A stretch of DNA of 47,263 bases from Acidovorax sp. Lineage in GTDB: Bacteria; Pseudomonadota; Gammaproteobacteria; Burkholderiales; Burkholderiaceae_C. Of this stretch, positions 10,854-18,103 are shown piece after piece. The stretch is from assembly GCA_030150585.1 (NCBI GenBank), contig JASLFM010000190.1, forward strand, positions 1-47,263. The letters are read 5' to 3'. The notes under the pieces were generated by a model. That model made no database searches, was not told where the DNA came from, and worked only from the letters and a program-made list of their open reading frames with translations. Both the position numbers and the translations under genes were made by a program. Position 1 is the first letter of the stretch. Every line of letters begins with the position of its first letter.

Positions 10854-11034
10854 TTCTCGTTCTCCGAGGCGCCAGGTCATAGGTCATGGTGTCTTCCTCT
10901 CCGCGATAACACCGGTGCAGGTTTTCACTGGGTCAATACAGTCAGCCTGGCCAGGACTGTCTGGCTGACCTTATGGCAAGCCATCATCATGCAGCCGCGA
11001 GGCGCAATTGATTCACGCTCGAGGAGTTGAGGCG

Positions 11035-11772
11035 TCATGCCATGTACTTGCCTCCATTGATCGACAGGGTGATGCCGGTGATGAAGCCGGCGTCTTCCGA
11101 GGCGAGGAAGACCATGCCCCGTGCGATCTCGGCTGGCGTGGCTAGTCGGCCGACGGGCACTTGCTTGAGTATCCCCAACATGACCTCCGAGGGTACGGCG
11201 CTGACCATCGCGGTATCGGTGTAGCCAGGAGCGATGGCATTGACGGTGATGTTGCGCGAGGCGCTCTCGAGTGCGAGCGACTTCGTGAAGCCGATCAGTC
11301 CTGCCTTGCTCGCCGCATAGTTACATTGCCCAGCTTGGCCAGCGAGGCCGTTGACCGAACTCATGTTGACAATGCGGCCGTAGCGGCGCTCCCGCATGCC
11401 CTCGATCACCGCGCTGCACATGTTGAAGCAGCCACCAAGGTTGGTGTCGATCACTTCGCGCCACTGCTCATGGGACATCTTGTGCAGCATGGCATCGCGC
11501 GTGATGCCAGCGTTGTTGATCAGTATGTCCACCGGGCCCACCTCGGCTTCCACCCGTGCCACGCCTTGGCGGCATGCGACAGGATCAGCCACGTTCCAAG
11601 TAAAGGCGCGAATGCCGGTTTGCTCGGAAAAATGCCGTGCTGCGTCGCCGTGTGAGCCATGGCTGACGACTACGCGATAGCCTGCTGCAAGCAGTGCTTG
11701 CGCGGCGGCTGCGCCGATACCAACGGTTCCGCCTGTTACGAGGGCAACTCGCATGTCAGCGCTGGCTTGCAT
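11035..11772 (-). CDS. phaB: Acetoacetyl-CoA reductase-like short-chain dehydrogenase (PhaB/FabG type)
   Basis: TGGxxGIG cofactor motif (VALVTGGTVGIGAA), NNAGITRD and SSVNG...YAASKAG (catalytic S, YxxxK). Overall the sequence looks very similar by eye to Cupriavidus PhaB. The start may instead be the ATG at 11754. Confidence 0.72.
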   Translation of the reverse strand: MQASADMRVALVTGGTVGIGAAAAQALLAAGYRVVVSHGSHGDAARHFSEQTGIRAFTWNVADPVACRQGVARVEAEVGPVDILINNAGITRDAMLHKMSHEQWREVIDTNLGGCFNMCSAVIEGMRERRYGRIVNMSSVNGLAGQAGQCNYAASKAGLIGFTKSLALESASRNITVNAIAPGYTDTAMVSAVPSEVMLGILKQVPVGRLATPAEIARGMVFLASEDAGFITGITLSINGGKYMA

Positions 11773-11847
11773 GGGGTCTCCTTAGGGCGGCGATGCAAGG
11801 GCCAAAGCCCATTCAAAGTAACTGTACGCAGGGCAACCTTGCCGCGT

Positions 11848-11861
11848 TTGCGCTGTATCAA
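11848..11861. promoter_or_regulatory. Candidate FNR/CRP-family box TTGCG-CTGT-ATCAA
   Basis: It sits in the 173-bp divergent spacer, with its centre 82.5 nt from the phaB ATG and 91.5 nt from the groEL ATG. Confidence 0.45.
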
Positions 11862-11945
11862 TCAGTGGTTTTGATCCGTGCGCGAGAGTGATTGGCATGC
11901 GAGCCTGGCGTAAGGGCTTGGGGCGTGGACAGGAGGTCATCAGCT

Positions 11946-13571
11946 ATGTCTGCAAAGAAGCTGCTGTTTCGTGATGAGGCTCGCGACAAGATTCGCCGTG
12001 GCGTTGATACCCTGGCTGAGGCTGTCAGGGTGACGCTGGGTCCGCGCGGGCGTACTGTGGTGCTTGATCGTGAATTCGGTGCACCACAGATTGTCAATTC
12101 CGGCGTGGTTGTCGCAAAAGCGATCGAGTTGGAGGACCGGTTCGAGAACATGGGAGCGCAGTTGATGCGCGAAGTCGCTGCACGCACGAGCGAATTGGCG
12201 GGTGACGGCACCACCACGGCGATTGTGCTCGCGCACGGCTTGGTGCAAGAAGGCTTGAAGTATCTTGCCGCGGGAATGAATCCGATGGGGCTCAAGCGCG
12301 GCATCGAGCAGGCGATCGATGTTGTCGTGGCCGATCTGAAGCAGTTGGCCCAGCCCTGCGCCTCGTCGCAGGAAATTGCCCATGTCGCCGCGATCTCCGC
12401 CAACAACGACCGTTCGATTGGCGATCTCGTCGCGCAGGCGATGGACAGGGTAGGGCGCGATGGTGCGGTCTCGATCGAGGATGGATCGGGCATCGCGAGC
12501 CAGTTAGAGACCGTGGAAGGGCTGCAGTTCGACCGAGGCTATCTCTCTGCTTACTTCGTGAACAACCCCGAACGTCAGACCTGCGTGTTGGAGGATGTCG
12601 CGGTGCTGCTCTATGACCAGAAGCTCTCTGGCCTGCAGGAACTGGTGCCACTGCTCGAGGCTGCGGCAAAGGCGGGAATGCCCCTGCTGGTTGTCGCCGA
12701 GGATGTCGATGCGGAGGCGCTGGCAACCCTGGTCGTGAACAGCATCCGTGGGGTGATCAAGACCTGCGCCGTCAAGGCGCCGGGTTTTGGTGATCGCCGC
12801 AAGGCGATGCTGCAGGATCTCGCGCTCGTCACGGGCGGTGAGGTGATCTCCGCCGAACTGGGGTTGACCCTGGAGAAAGCCACGCTCGAACACCTCGGTC
12901 GCGCACGCCGTGTGGTAGTGGACAAGGAGTACACCACCATCGTCGGCGGCGCTGGCGACCCGTCCATGATTCGCGACCGCATTGCGACGCTGAAGAAAAA
13001 GCGTGAGAAGCCCACGAGCGACTACGACCGCGAAAAGCTGGACGAGCGCATCGCCAAGCTCTCGGGCGGCGTCGCGGTGATCAAGGTCGGTGCGGCTACG
13101 GAAACCGAACTCAAAGAGCGCAAGCTGCGTGTCGAAGATGCCTTGCACGCCACGCGTGCAGCCATTGAGGAAGGCATTGTTCCCGGCGGCGGGGTTGCCT
13201 TGCTGCGCGCGCGCAAGGCGTTGCAGGGGATCATCCTCCCGACGCTCGACGAAGATTCGGGCCTGAAGATTGTGGTGCGCGCGCTGGAGGAGCCAATGCG
13301 CCGCATTGTGCTCAACGCTGCGCAGGAACCATCCATCGTGCTGGATCGAGTCGATTCCGCAACGCAGGCGAGCTTCGGCTACAACGCGGCCAGCCACGAG
13401 TACGGCGATATGCTCGCGATGGGAGTGATTGACCCGGCGAAGGTGACGCGGTTGGCGCTCCAGAACGCCGGTTCCATTGCAAGCTTGATTCTCACGATCG
13501 ACTGTATGGTGGCCGATGCGCCCAAGAAGGAGTCGCCTTCACCGGCGATGCCAGCGGCCGAGATTTTTTGA
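11946..13571 (+). CDS. groEL: Chaperonin GroEL paralog (Cpn60) with no adjacent GroES
   Basis: ATG 11946 follows the RBS CAGGAGG. The sequence [40 protein letters not shown]...AGDGTTTA...IVPGGGVAL is present. The C-terminus ends ...[15 protein letters not shown] and lacks a GGM repeat tail. Confidence 0.9.
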   Translation: MSAKKLLFRDEARDKIRRGVDTLAEAVRVTLGPRGRTVVLDREFGAPQIVNSGVVVAKAIELEDRFENMGAQLMREVAARTSELAGDGTTTAIVLAHGLVQEGLKYLAAGMNPMGLKRGIEQAIDVVVADLKQLAQPCASSQEIAHVAAISANNDRSIGDLVAQAMDRVGRDGAVSIEDGSGIASQLETVEGLQFDRGYLSAYFVNNPERQTCVLEDVAVLLYDQKLSGLQELVPLLEAAAKAGMPLLVVAEDVDAEALATLVVNSIRGVIKTCAVKAPGFGDRRKAMLQDLALVTGGEVISAELGLTLEKATLEHLGRARRVVVDKEYTTIVGGAGDPSMIRDRIATLKKKREKPTSDYDREKLDERIAKLSGGVAVIKVGAATETELKERKLRVEDALHATRAAIEEGIVPGGGVALLRARKALQGIILPTLDEDSGLKIVVRALEEPMRRIVLNAAQEPSIVLDRVDSATQASFGYNAASHEYGDMLAMGVIDPAKVTRLALQNAGSIASLILTIDCMVADAPKKESPSPAMPAAEIF

Positions 13572-13611
13572 GCGCAGGATCGTGCCAATGCGCGGACAAG
13601 GCACGGGAGGC

Positions 13612-13625
13612 TTGCGCTGGCGCAA
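13612..13625. promoter_or_regulatory. Perfect palindromic box TTGCG-CTGG-CGCAA, identical 14-mer to the one at 20999-21012
   Basis: Read directly. It lies in the convergent groEL/lon spacer, so no obvious promoter is served. Confidence 0.3.
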
Positions 13626-13777
13626 GGCATCGGGCATGGCGTCTGCCACGCAGCATCGGCGATGCCGGAGGCCTGCTTCATGAGCTTCAACGGTAATCAC
13701 CGGTGATCAAGTAATCTCTACACCCCGAGATAGGTCGCTTCGGCGCCAAGCCGTCTCTGGAGAGCGTGTGCACCGCA

Positions 13778-16123
13778 TTAAGGTGCGGCGCGCGGCTCCG
13801 GATCGAGCGCCTCGGCAACGGCATCGTCGACTGTATCGAGGGCCACGAAGCGGATGGACTTACGCACGCTCTCGGGCACATCCGTCAGATCCCTTAAGTT
13901 GCGCGATGGAAGCAACACTGCCGACAAGCCGGCGCGCTGGGCTGCAAGCACCTTTTCTTTGATGCCGCCAACAGGCAGAACGAGCCCTCGAAGGCTTATC
14001 TCCCCAGTCATCGCGACGTCGTGGCGCACTTTCCGATCGGAGAAAAGTGAAGCCAGAGCGATGAACATGGCAACCCCGGCGCTGGGGCCATCCTTTGGAA
14101 CCGCGCCTGCCGGAATGTGCAAATGCACGTCGCATGCGTCGAATGCGCCAGCGGCGATGTGCAGTGCTGCAGCCTGGGTCTTTACCAGCGTGAAAGCGGC
14201 CTGCGCGCTCTCCTTCATGACATCGCCGAGTTGCCCCGTCAGGCGCAGTTTTCCGGTGCCCGGCAGGCGTGCGGCTTCGATGAAGAGAATGTCTCCGCCA
14301 ACAGGCGTCCATGCGAGGCCCGTCGCCACGCCCGTCAGGCTCATGCGAAGAGCGGTTTCGCGCTCGAAGGTGGCGGGTCCAAGTACCGCATTCAGCTCTG
14401 CGGCGTCCACCCGAACGATCGGCGACGTGCCCTCTGCCACCTGCATCGCGGCATGGCGCATGACCCGGCCGATCTCGCGCTCGAGCTGGCGCACACCCGC
14501 TTCGCGTGTCCGGTTGGCGATGATGTCCACGAGCGCGGCATCGGCCAGCACGCACTGGTCCTCTGCCAGTCCATTGGCGGCGCGTTGCCGCGGCACGAGG
14601 TAGCGGTGCGCTATGCCAAGCTTTTCCTCTTGCGAGTAACCGGGCAAATCAATCACCTCCATGCGGTCGCGCACAGGTCCCGGCACGTTGTCGATCACGT
14701 TCGCCGTCGCTATGAAGACCACCCGACTCAGGTCGAACGGTATCCCGAGGTAGTTGTCGTGGAAACTGTTGTTTTGCTCAGGGTCCAGCACTTCAAGCAG
14801 TGCGGCCGAAGGATCGCCATGCGCGCTCGCGCTGAGCTTGTCGACTTCGTCGAGCATCATCACTGCGTCACGAGCACCCGCCCGGCGCAGGCCTTGCAGG
14901 ATGTTTCCGGGCAGGGCGCCGATGTAGGTGCGCCGGTGGCCCCGGATTTCCGCCTCGTCATGCACGCCGCCAAGGGAAACACGGACGAACGGGCGTTGAA
15001 TGGCGCGGGCGATGCTCTGACCCAGCGAGGTTTTTCCTACGCCCGGCGGTCCCACAAAGCACAGGATCGGCGCACGCCCCTCCGGATTGAGCTTCTGTAC
15101 CGCGAGGAATTCGAGCACCCGCTTCTTGACGCGCTCCAGCCCATAGTGATCGGCCTCCAGTATCGCGCGCGCGGCCGCCAGGTCGATCGGCGCGGTCGCA
15201 GGGCTCTTCCATGGCAACTCGATCATCCACTCAAGATAGTTGCGCAGCATGGAGTATTCACCAGTGGTCTCCGGCATGGTGCGCAGCCGCTGCAGTTCCT
15301 TGCGCGCATGCGCCTCTGCATCGGCCGGCATGCCCGCTTTAGCGATGGCGTCCTCGATGCGATGCAGTTCTTCTGCGTTGGCATCGTCTTCGCCGAGTTC
15401 ATGGCGAATGGTCTCCATCTGCTGGCGCAAGAGAAATTTGCGTTGCGTATCGCTGATCTGCTCCTTGGTGCGTTCCCCAATCTCGCGGGAAAGGCGCACA
15501 ACTTCCAGGCGATGGGACAGCAGCTTAAGGAGCTTCTCCACGCGTGGCACCGTGGCGACCATCTCCAGGAGCTCCTGCTTCTCGTTCACGTCGATGTCGA
15601 TCACGCCTGCGACGATGTCGGAGAGTACCGACGGGCCACGCGTGGTTTGCATCGCCTGCACCAGTTCGGAGGGAACGCTGGGCAGCAACGAGAGCAGCTC
15701 GATGGCACGATCGCGGAGTTGGCTTTCAAGCGCTTCGCTTTGCGGCGAGTTATCGGCCTCCAGCTCGATGGGGGCGATCTTCGCTGCGAGAAAGGGGTAG
15801 CCGCCTATGGCTTCCAGCAGTCGAAAGCGCTGAATGCCATTGCATACCGCATGGTGCTGTCCTTGTTCAGGCTCTACATGGTGGACGACCCGAGCGAGCG
15901 TGCCGATGGTGTGCAGCGAATCGAAGGAGGGGTTTTCCTCCAAAGGGTTCTTCTGCAGCACCACGCCTACCGGGACTTCTCCTTCCAGTGCATGCCGAAG
16001 CGCGGCAATCGATGAATCCCGGCCGACGCTGATCGCAGTCAGCGCATGCGGGAACAAAACGAAATTTCGCATCGGAATCAGTGCAACGACACCGGGAGGA
16101 AGACTGGATTCGGGGTTTGCCAT
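13778..16123 (-). CDS. lon: ATP-dependent LonA protease (endopeptidase La) paralog
   Basis: 781 aa. It has an N-terminal LON substrate domain (ALIPMRNFVLFPH), AAA+ Walker A (GPPGVGKTS) and Walker B (VMMLDEVDK), plus an S16 protease domain with PKDGPSAGVAM (Ser) and GGIKEKVLAA (Lys). Confidence 0.92.
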   Translation of the reverse strand: MANPESSLPPGVVALIPMRNFVLFPHALTAISVGRDSSIAALRHALEGEVPVGVVLQKNPLEENPSFDSLHTIGTLARVVHHVEPEQGQHHAVCNGIQRFRLLEAIGGYPFLAAKIAPIELEADNSPQSEALESQLRDRAIELLSLLPSVPSELVQAMQTTRGPSVLSDIVAGVIDIDVNEKQELLEMVATVPRVEKLLKLLSHRLEVVRLSREIGERTKEQISDTQRKFLLRQQMETIRHELGEDDANAEELHRIEDAIAKAGMPADAEAHARKELQRLRTMPETTGEYSMLRNYLEWMIELPWKSPATAPIDLAAARAILEADHYGLERVKKRVLEFLAVQKLNPEGRAPILCFVGPPGVGKTSLGQSIARAIQRPFVRVSLGGVHDEAEIRGHRRTYIGALPGNILQGLRRAGARDAVMMLDEVDKLSASAHGDPSAALLEVLDPEQNNSFHDNYLGIPFDLSRVVFIATANVIDNVPGPVRDRMEVIDLPGYSQEEKLGIAHRYLVPRQRAANGLAEDQCVLADAALVDIIANRTREAGVRQLEREIGRVMRHAAMQVAEGTSPIVRVDAAELNAVLGPATFERETALRMSLTGVATGLAWTPVGGDILFIEAARLPGTGKLRLTGQLGDVMKESAQAAFTLVKTQAAALHIAAGAFDACDVHLHIPAGAVPKDGPSAGVAMFIALASLFSDRKVRHDVAMTGEISLRGLVLPVGGIKEKVLAAQRAGLSAVLLPSRNLRDLTDVPESVRKSIRFVALDTVDDAVAEALDPEPRAAP

Positions 16124-16153
16124 GGTTCACTCCATGCCGATGAGCCTCAGGTC

Positions 16154-16621
16154 TCAGGCAGCGTCGTGCCTACCGGAGTGGCCTATCGCGCCGATGCGTT
16201 GGAGGCGCTGCATAACCTCGGTTGCGCTCAGCGAGGTGAAATCGTTGCTGAGTGCTACGTCGACTCGTTCGTTGACACTTTCACTCAAGGCGTGCCTGAG
16301 TTCGCCAAGAAAGGGCTTCGCGGCCAGAATGGTCAGCGAGTCGAATTCACGCTTGGCAAGCCCTTCTTCTAATCGATCAGCCAGCGCACGGGCAAAAATC
16401 TGATGTTCCTTGCGACGAGGGTCGCAACGCGCTGCGAAGCGGTCGTCGTGGTGGTCTCGAACCCCGTGTTCGTGCCCTGCAGTTTCCGCCAGTTCTTTGG
16501 CGTGCATGCGGCTCTGCGCGTGTGCCAAGGCCTCGACGGGCTCTAGCCCGCTATCGGTGCCATCGTGCCGGAAGATACGGGCGAGCGAAGCATTGGCCAC
16601 CACGACCCATTGGTTTTTCAT
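16154..16621 (-). CDS. Host-attachment-family protein (Host_attach-like, function unknown)
   Basis: 155 aa. The opening MKNQWVVVANASLARIFRHDG... and the later HDDRFA / FA..LA..L pattern resemble proteins annotated as host attachment protein. It ends 30 nt upstream of the lon start. Confidence 0.6.
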   Translation of the reverse strand: MKNQWVVVANASLARIFRHDGTDSGLEPVEALAHAQSRMHAKELAETAGHEHGVRDHHDDRFAARCDPRRKEHQIFARALADRLEEGLAKREFDSLTILAAKPFLGELRHALSESVNERVDVALSNDFTSLSATEVMQRLQRIGAIGHSGRHDAA

Positions 16622-16654
16622 GGATTTCTCCTGGATATGAAAGGAGGACAGCGG

Positions 16655-16882
16655 TTAGCGGCGGGCTAGCAGAATGCCTGCGATCAGACCCGCGAAAGCC
16701 ATCGCAGCCATTGCGGTGTACGGGTGCTGGTGCATGCCGTCGTCTGCGGTACGCATTGCGTCTCGCGCTCTGGTTGCGACATCGCTGTGCCGCAGGTCAC
16801 CGAGGTCTTCAAGCACACGGCTCCACGTGTTCTTGGCGCACGCCGTGTTAGCGTCTGCGTTGCGGGTTGTTTCGTCGTTCAT
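16655..16882 (-). CDS. DUF883/ElaB-YqjD-family tail-anchored membrane protein
   Basis: 75 aa. It has a hydrophilic N-terminal part and the C-terminal signature HPYTAMAAMAFAGLIAGILLARR, typical of ElaB/YqjD/YgaM. Confidence 0.65.
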   Translation of the reverse strand: MNDETTRNADANTACAKNTWSRVLEDLGDLRHSDVATRARDAMRTADDGMHQHPYTAMAAMAFAGLIAGILLARR

Positions 16883-16945
16883 GGCCAGTGCCCTTCAAAG
16901 CAGTGAATTGATCAGCCCATGTTAGGAGGCGGAGTCGCGATGGGA

Positions 16946-16959
16946 CTGATACGCGTCAA
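16946..16959. promoter_or_regulatory. Candidate FNR-family box (gene-sense TTGAC-GCGT-ATCAG)
   Basis: Its centre is 70.5 nt upstream of the DUF883 ATG (16882), the first gene of the DUF883-host attachment-lon run. Confidence 0.5.
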
Positions 16960-17243
16960 GTATTCGCTCGCAGTTCTTTGCCGGTCGTATCGCCGAGGCA
17001 TGCGGAAGCGGAGGTCGACCTGGCTCTGGCCATGGAACGGCAAACTGTCTCGGCATGCCGCGCGAAAGTTCAGCCAGACAACGCCTTTGAGTTGTGCCTG
17101 CAGCCGCGATAAATGCCTGCCCTAGGGCAGGGGGGTGTGCGCGGATTCGATTCGACGAGTGCGGTGGTTCTGGTGGTCCCGTATTTGGCGAACTCAATGT
17201 GATCCGGCCCGACCTGTCCAGCACGAGGTAGGTCGGTGTTCCT

Positions 17244-17528
17244 GAGAAAGTCCAGCGCGACGCTGAGCAGCACTGGCGCGATGATGATGAAGAAGTTAGC
17301 TGCATCGCCGGCCGAGGCCGATATGGCGCTGGCGGCCAGCAGCGCCAACACGAGCGGGTTGCGAAAGCGCGCGGGGAATTGCAGCGCGAGATGTCGCTGG
17401 CTGCCTGCCTCCAGCATGTTAGGACCGTGCTGTGCCGGCCATTCCTTCGCCTGGGCTTGCGACAGCCCTTACGTCGCTGCTGCTGCGGGATCGAGCCACC
17501 ACGTGGAAGCGGGGCGAGGAGGTTTCAC
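17244..17528 (-). pseudogene. Remnant of a P-type cation-transporting ATPase (N-terminal domain plus TM1-TM2 only)
   Basis: Hand translation from GTG 17528, which is 8 nt after the usp stop: VKPPRPASTWWLDPAAAAT*GLSQAQAKEWPAQHGPNMLEAGSQRHLALQFPARFRNPLVLALLAASAISASAGDAANFFIIIAPVLLSVALDFL. This matches the Cation_ATPase_N pattern (GLSxxEAxxRLxxxGPNxL...QFxNPLxxxLL) and the first TM hairpin. There is an in-frame TAA at 17469-17471. Similarity ends about 95 codons in, whereas an intact enzyme has about 900. Confidence 0.6.
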
Positions 17529-17535
17529 GTCGTGG

Positions 17536-17994
17536 CTAGGCCGGCTCCAGGCCAGGGTGACGCACCAGAAGTACAGGCACCGGACTGGCACGCACGACCA
17601 ACTCGGCATCGCTGCCCATCGTCAGACGGCTGACCCCTCTTCGCCCATGCGTTCCCATCACGATCAGGTCGCAACCGGTGGCCTTCGCCTCGTCGAGCAC
17701 GACGGAGGCGATGCGCTCTCCGGTGGCTTCGCGCAGCGCCGCATCGCACTTGACATCCGCTTTGGCTGCGAGTGCGCGAGCGTCCGAGAGCAGATGCTCC
17801 CCATACTCGCGCAGTGAGTTGATCACGTCGTTGTAGGCAGTGACATTCGCCAGCTCCACGATCATCGGAAAGTCATCGACCACGTGGAGGAGGTGCAGGC
17901 TGGCCTTTTGCTCTGCCGCCAGGCGGATCGCCTCCTGAAGGCCGATTGCTGCAGTCTTGCTGCCGTCGATAGGGACGAGAATACGGTGGAACAT
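17536..17994 (-). CDS. Universal stress protein (single UspA domain)
   Basis: ATG 17994 follows the RBS GAGGAG. Motifs present: MFHRILVPIDGS...LHLLHVVD...CDLIVMGTHGRRGVSRLTMGSDAELVVRASPVPVLLV. Confidence 0.88.
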   Translation of the reverse strand: MFHRILVPIDGSKTAAIGLQEAIRLAAEQKASLHLLHVVDDFPMIVELANVTAYNDVINSLREYGEHLLSDARALAAKADVKCDAALREATGERIASVVLDEAKATGCDLIVMGTHGRRGVSRLTMGSDAELVVRASPVPVLLVRHPGLEPA

Positions 17995-18089
17995 GGTTGA
18001 AATCTCCTCGGCCGCAGCGATGGACGATCCACTCGCGACCGGCCGCTCTCGCGAGTGACAAATTCTTGGCACACGCGGCAGGTCAGCGC

Positions 18090-18103
18090 TTGCGCCCGAT
18101 CAA
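18090..18103. promoter_or_regulatory. Candidate FNR-family box TTGCG-CCCG-ATCAA
   Basis: It overlaps the pat stop codon. Its centre is 102.5 nt upstream of the usp ATG (17994). Confidence 0.35.
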
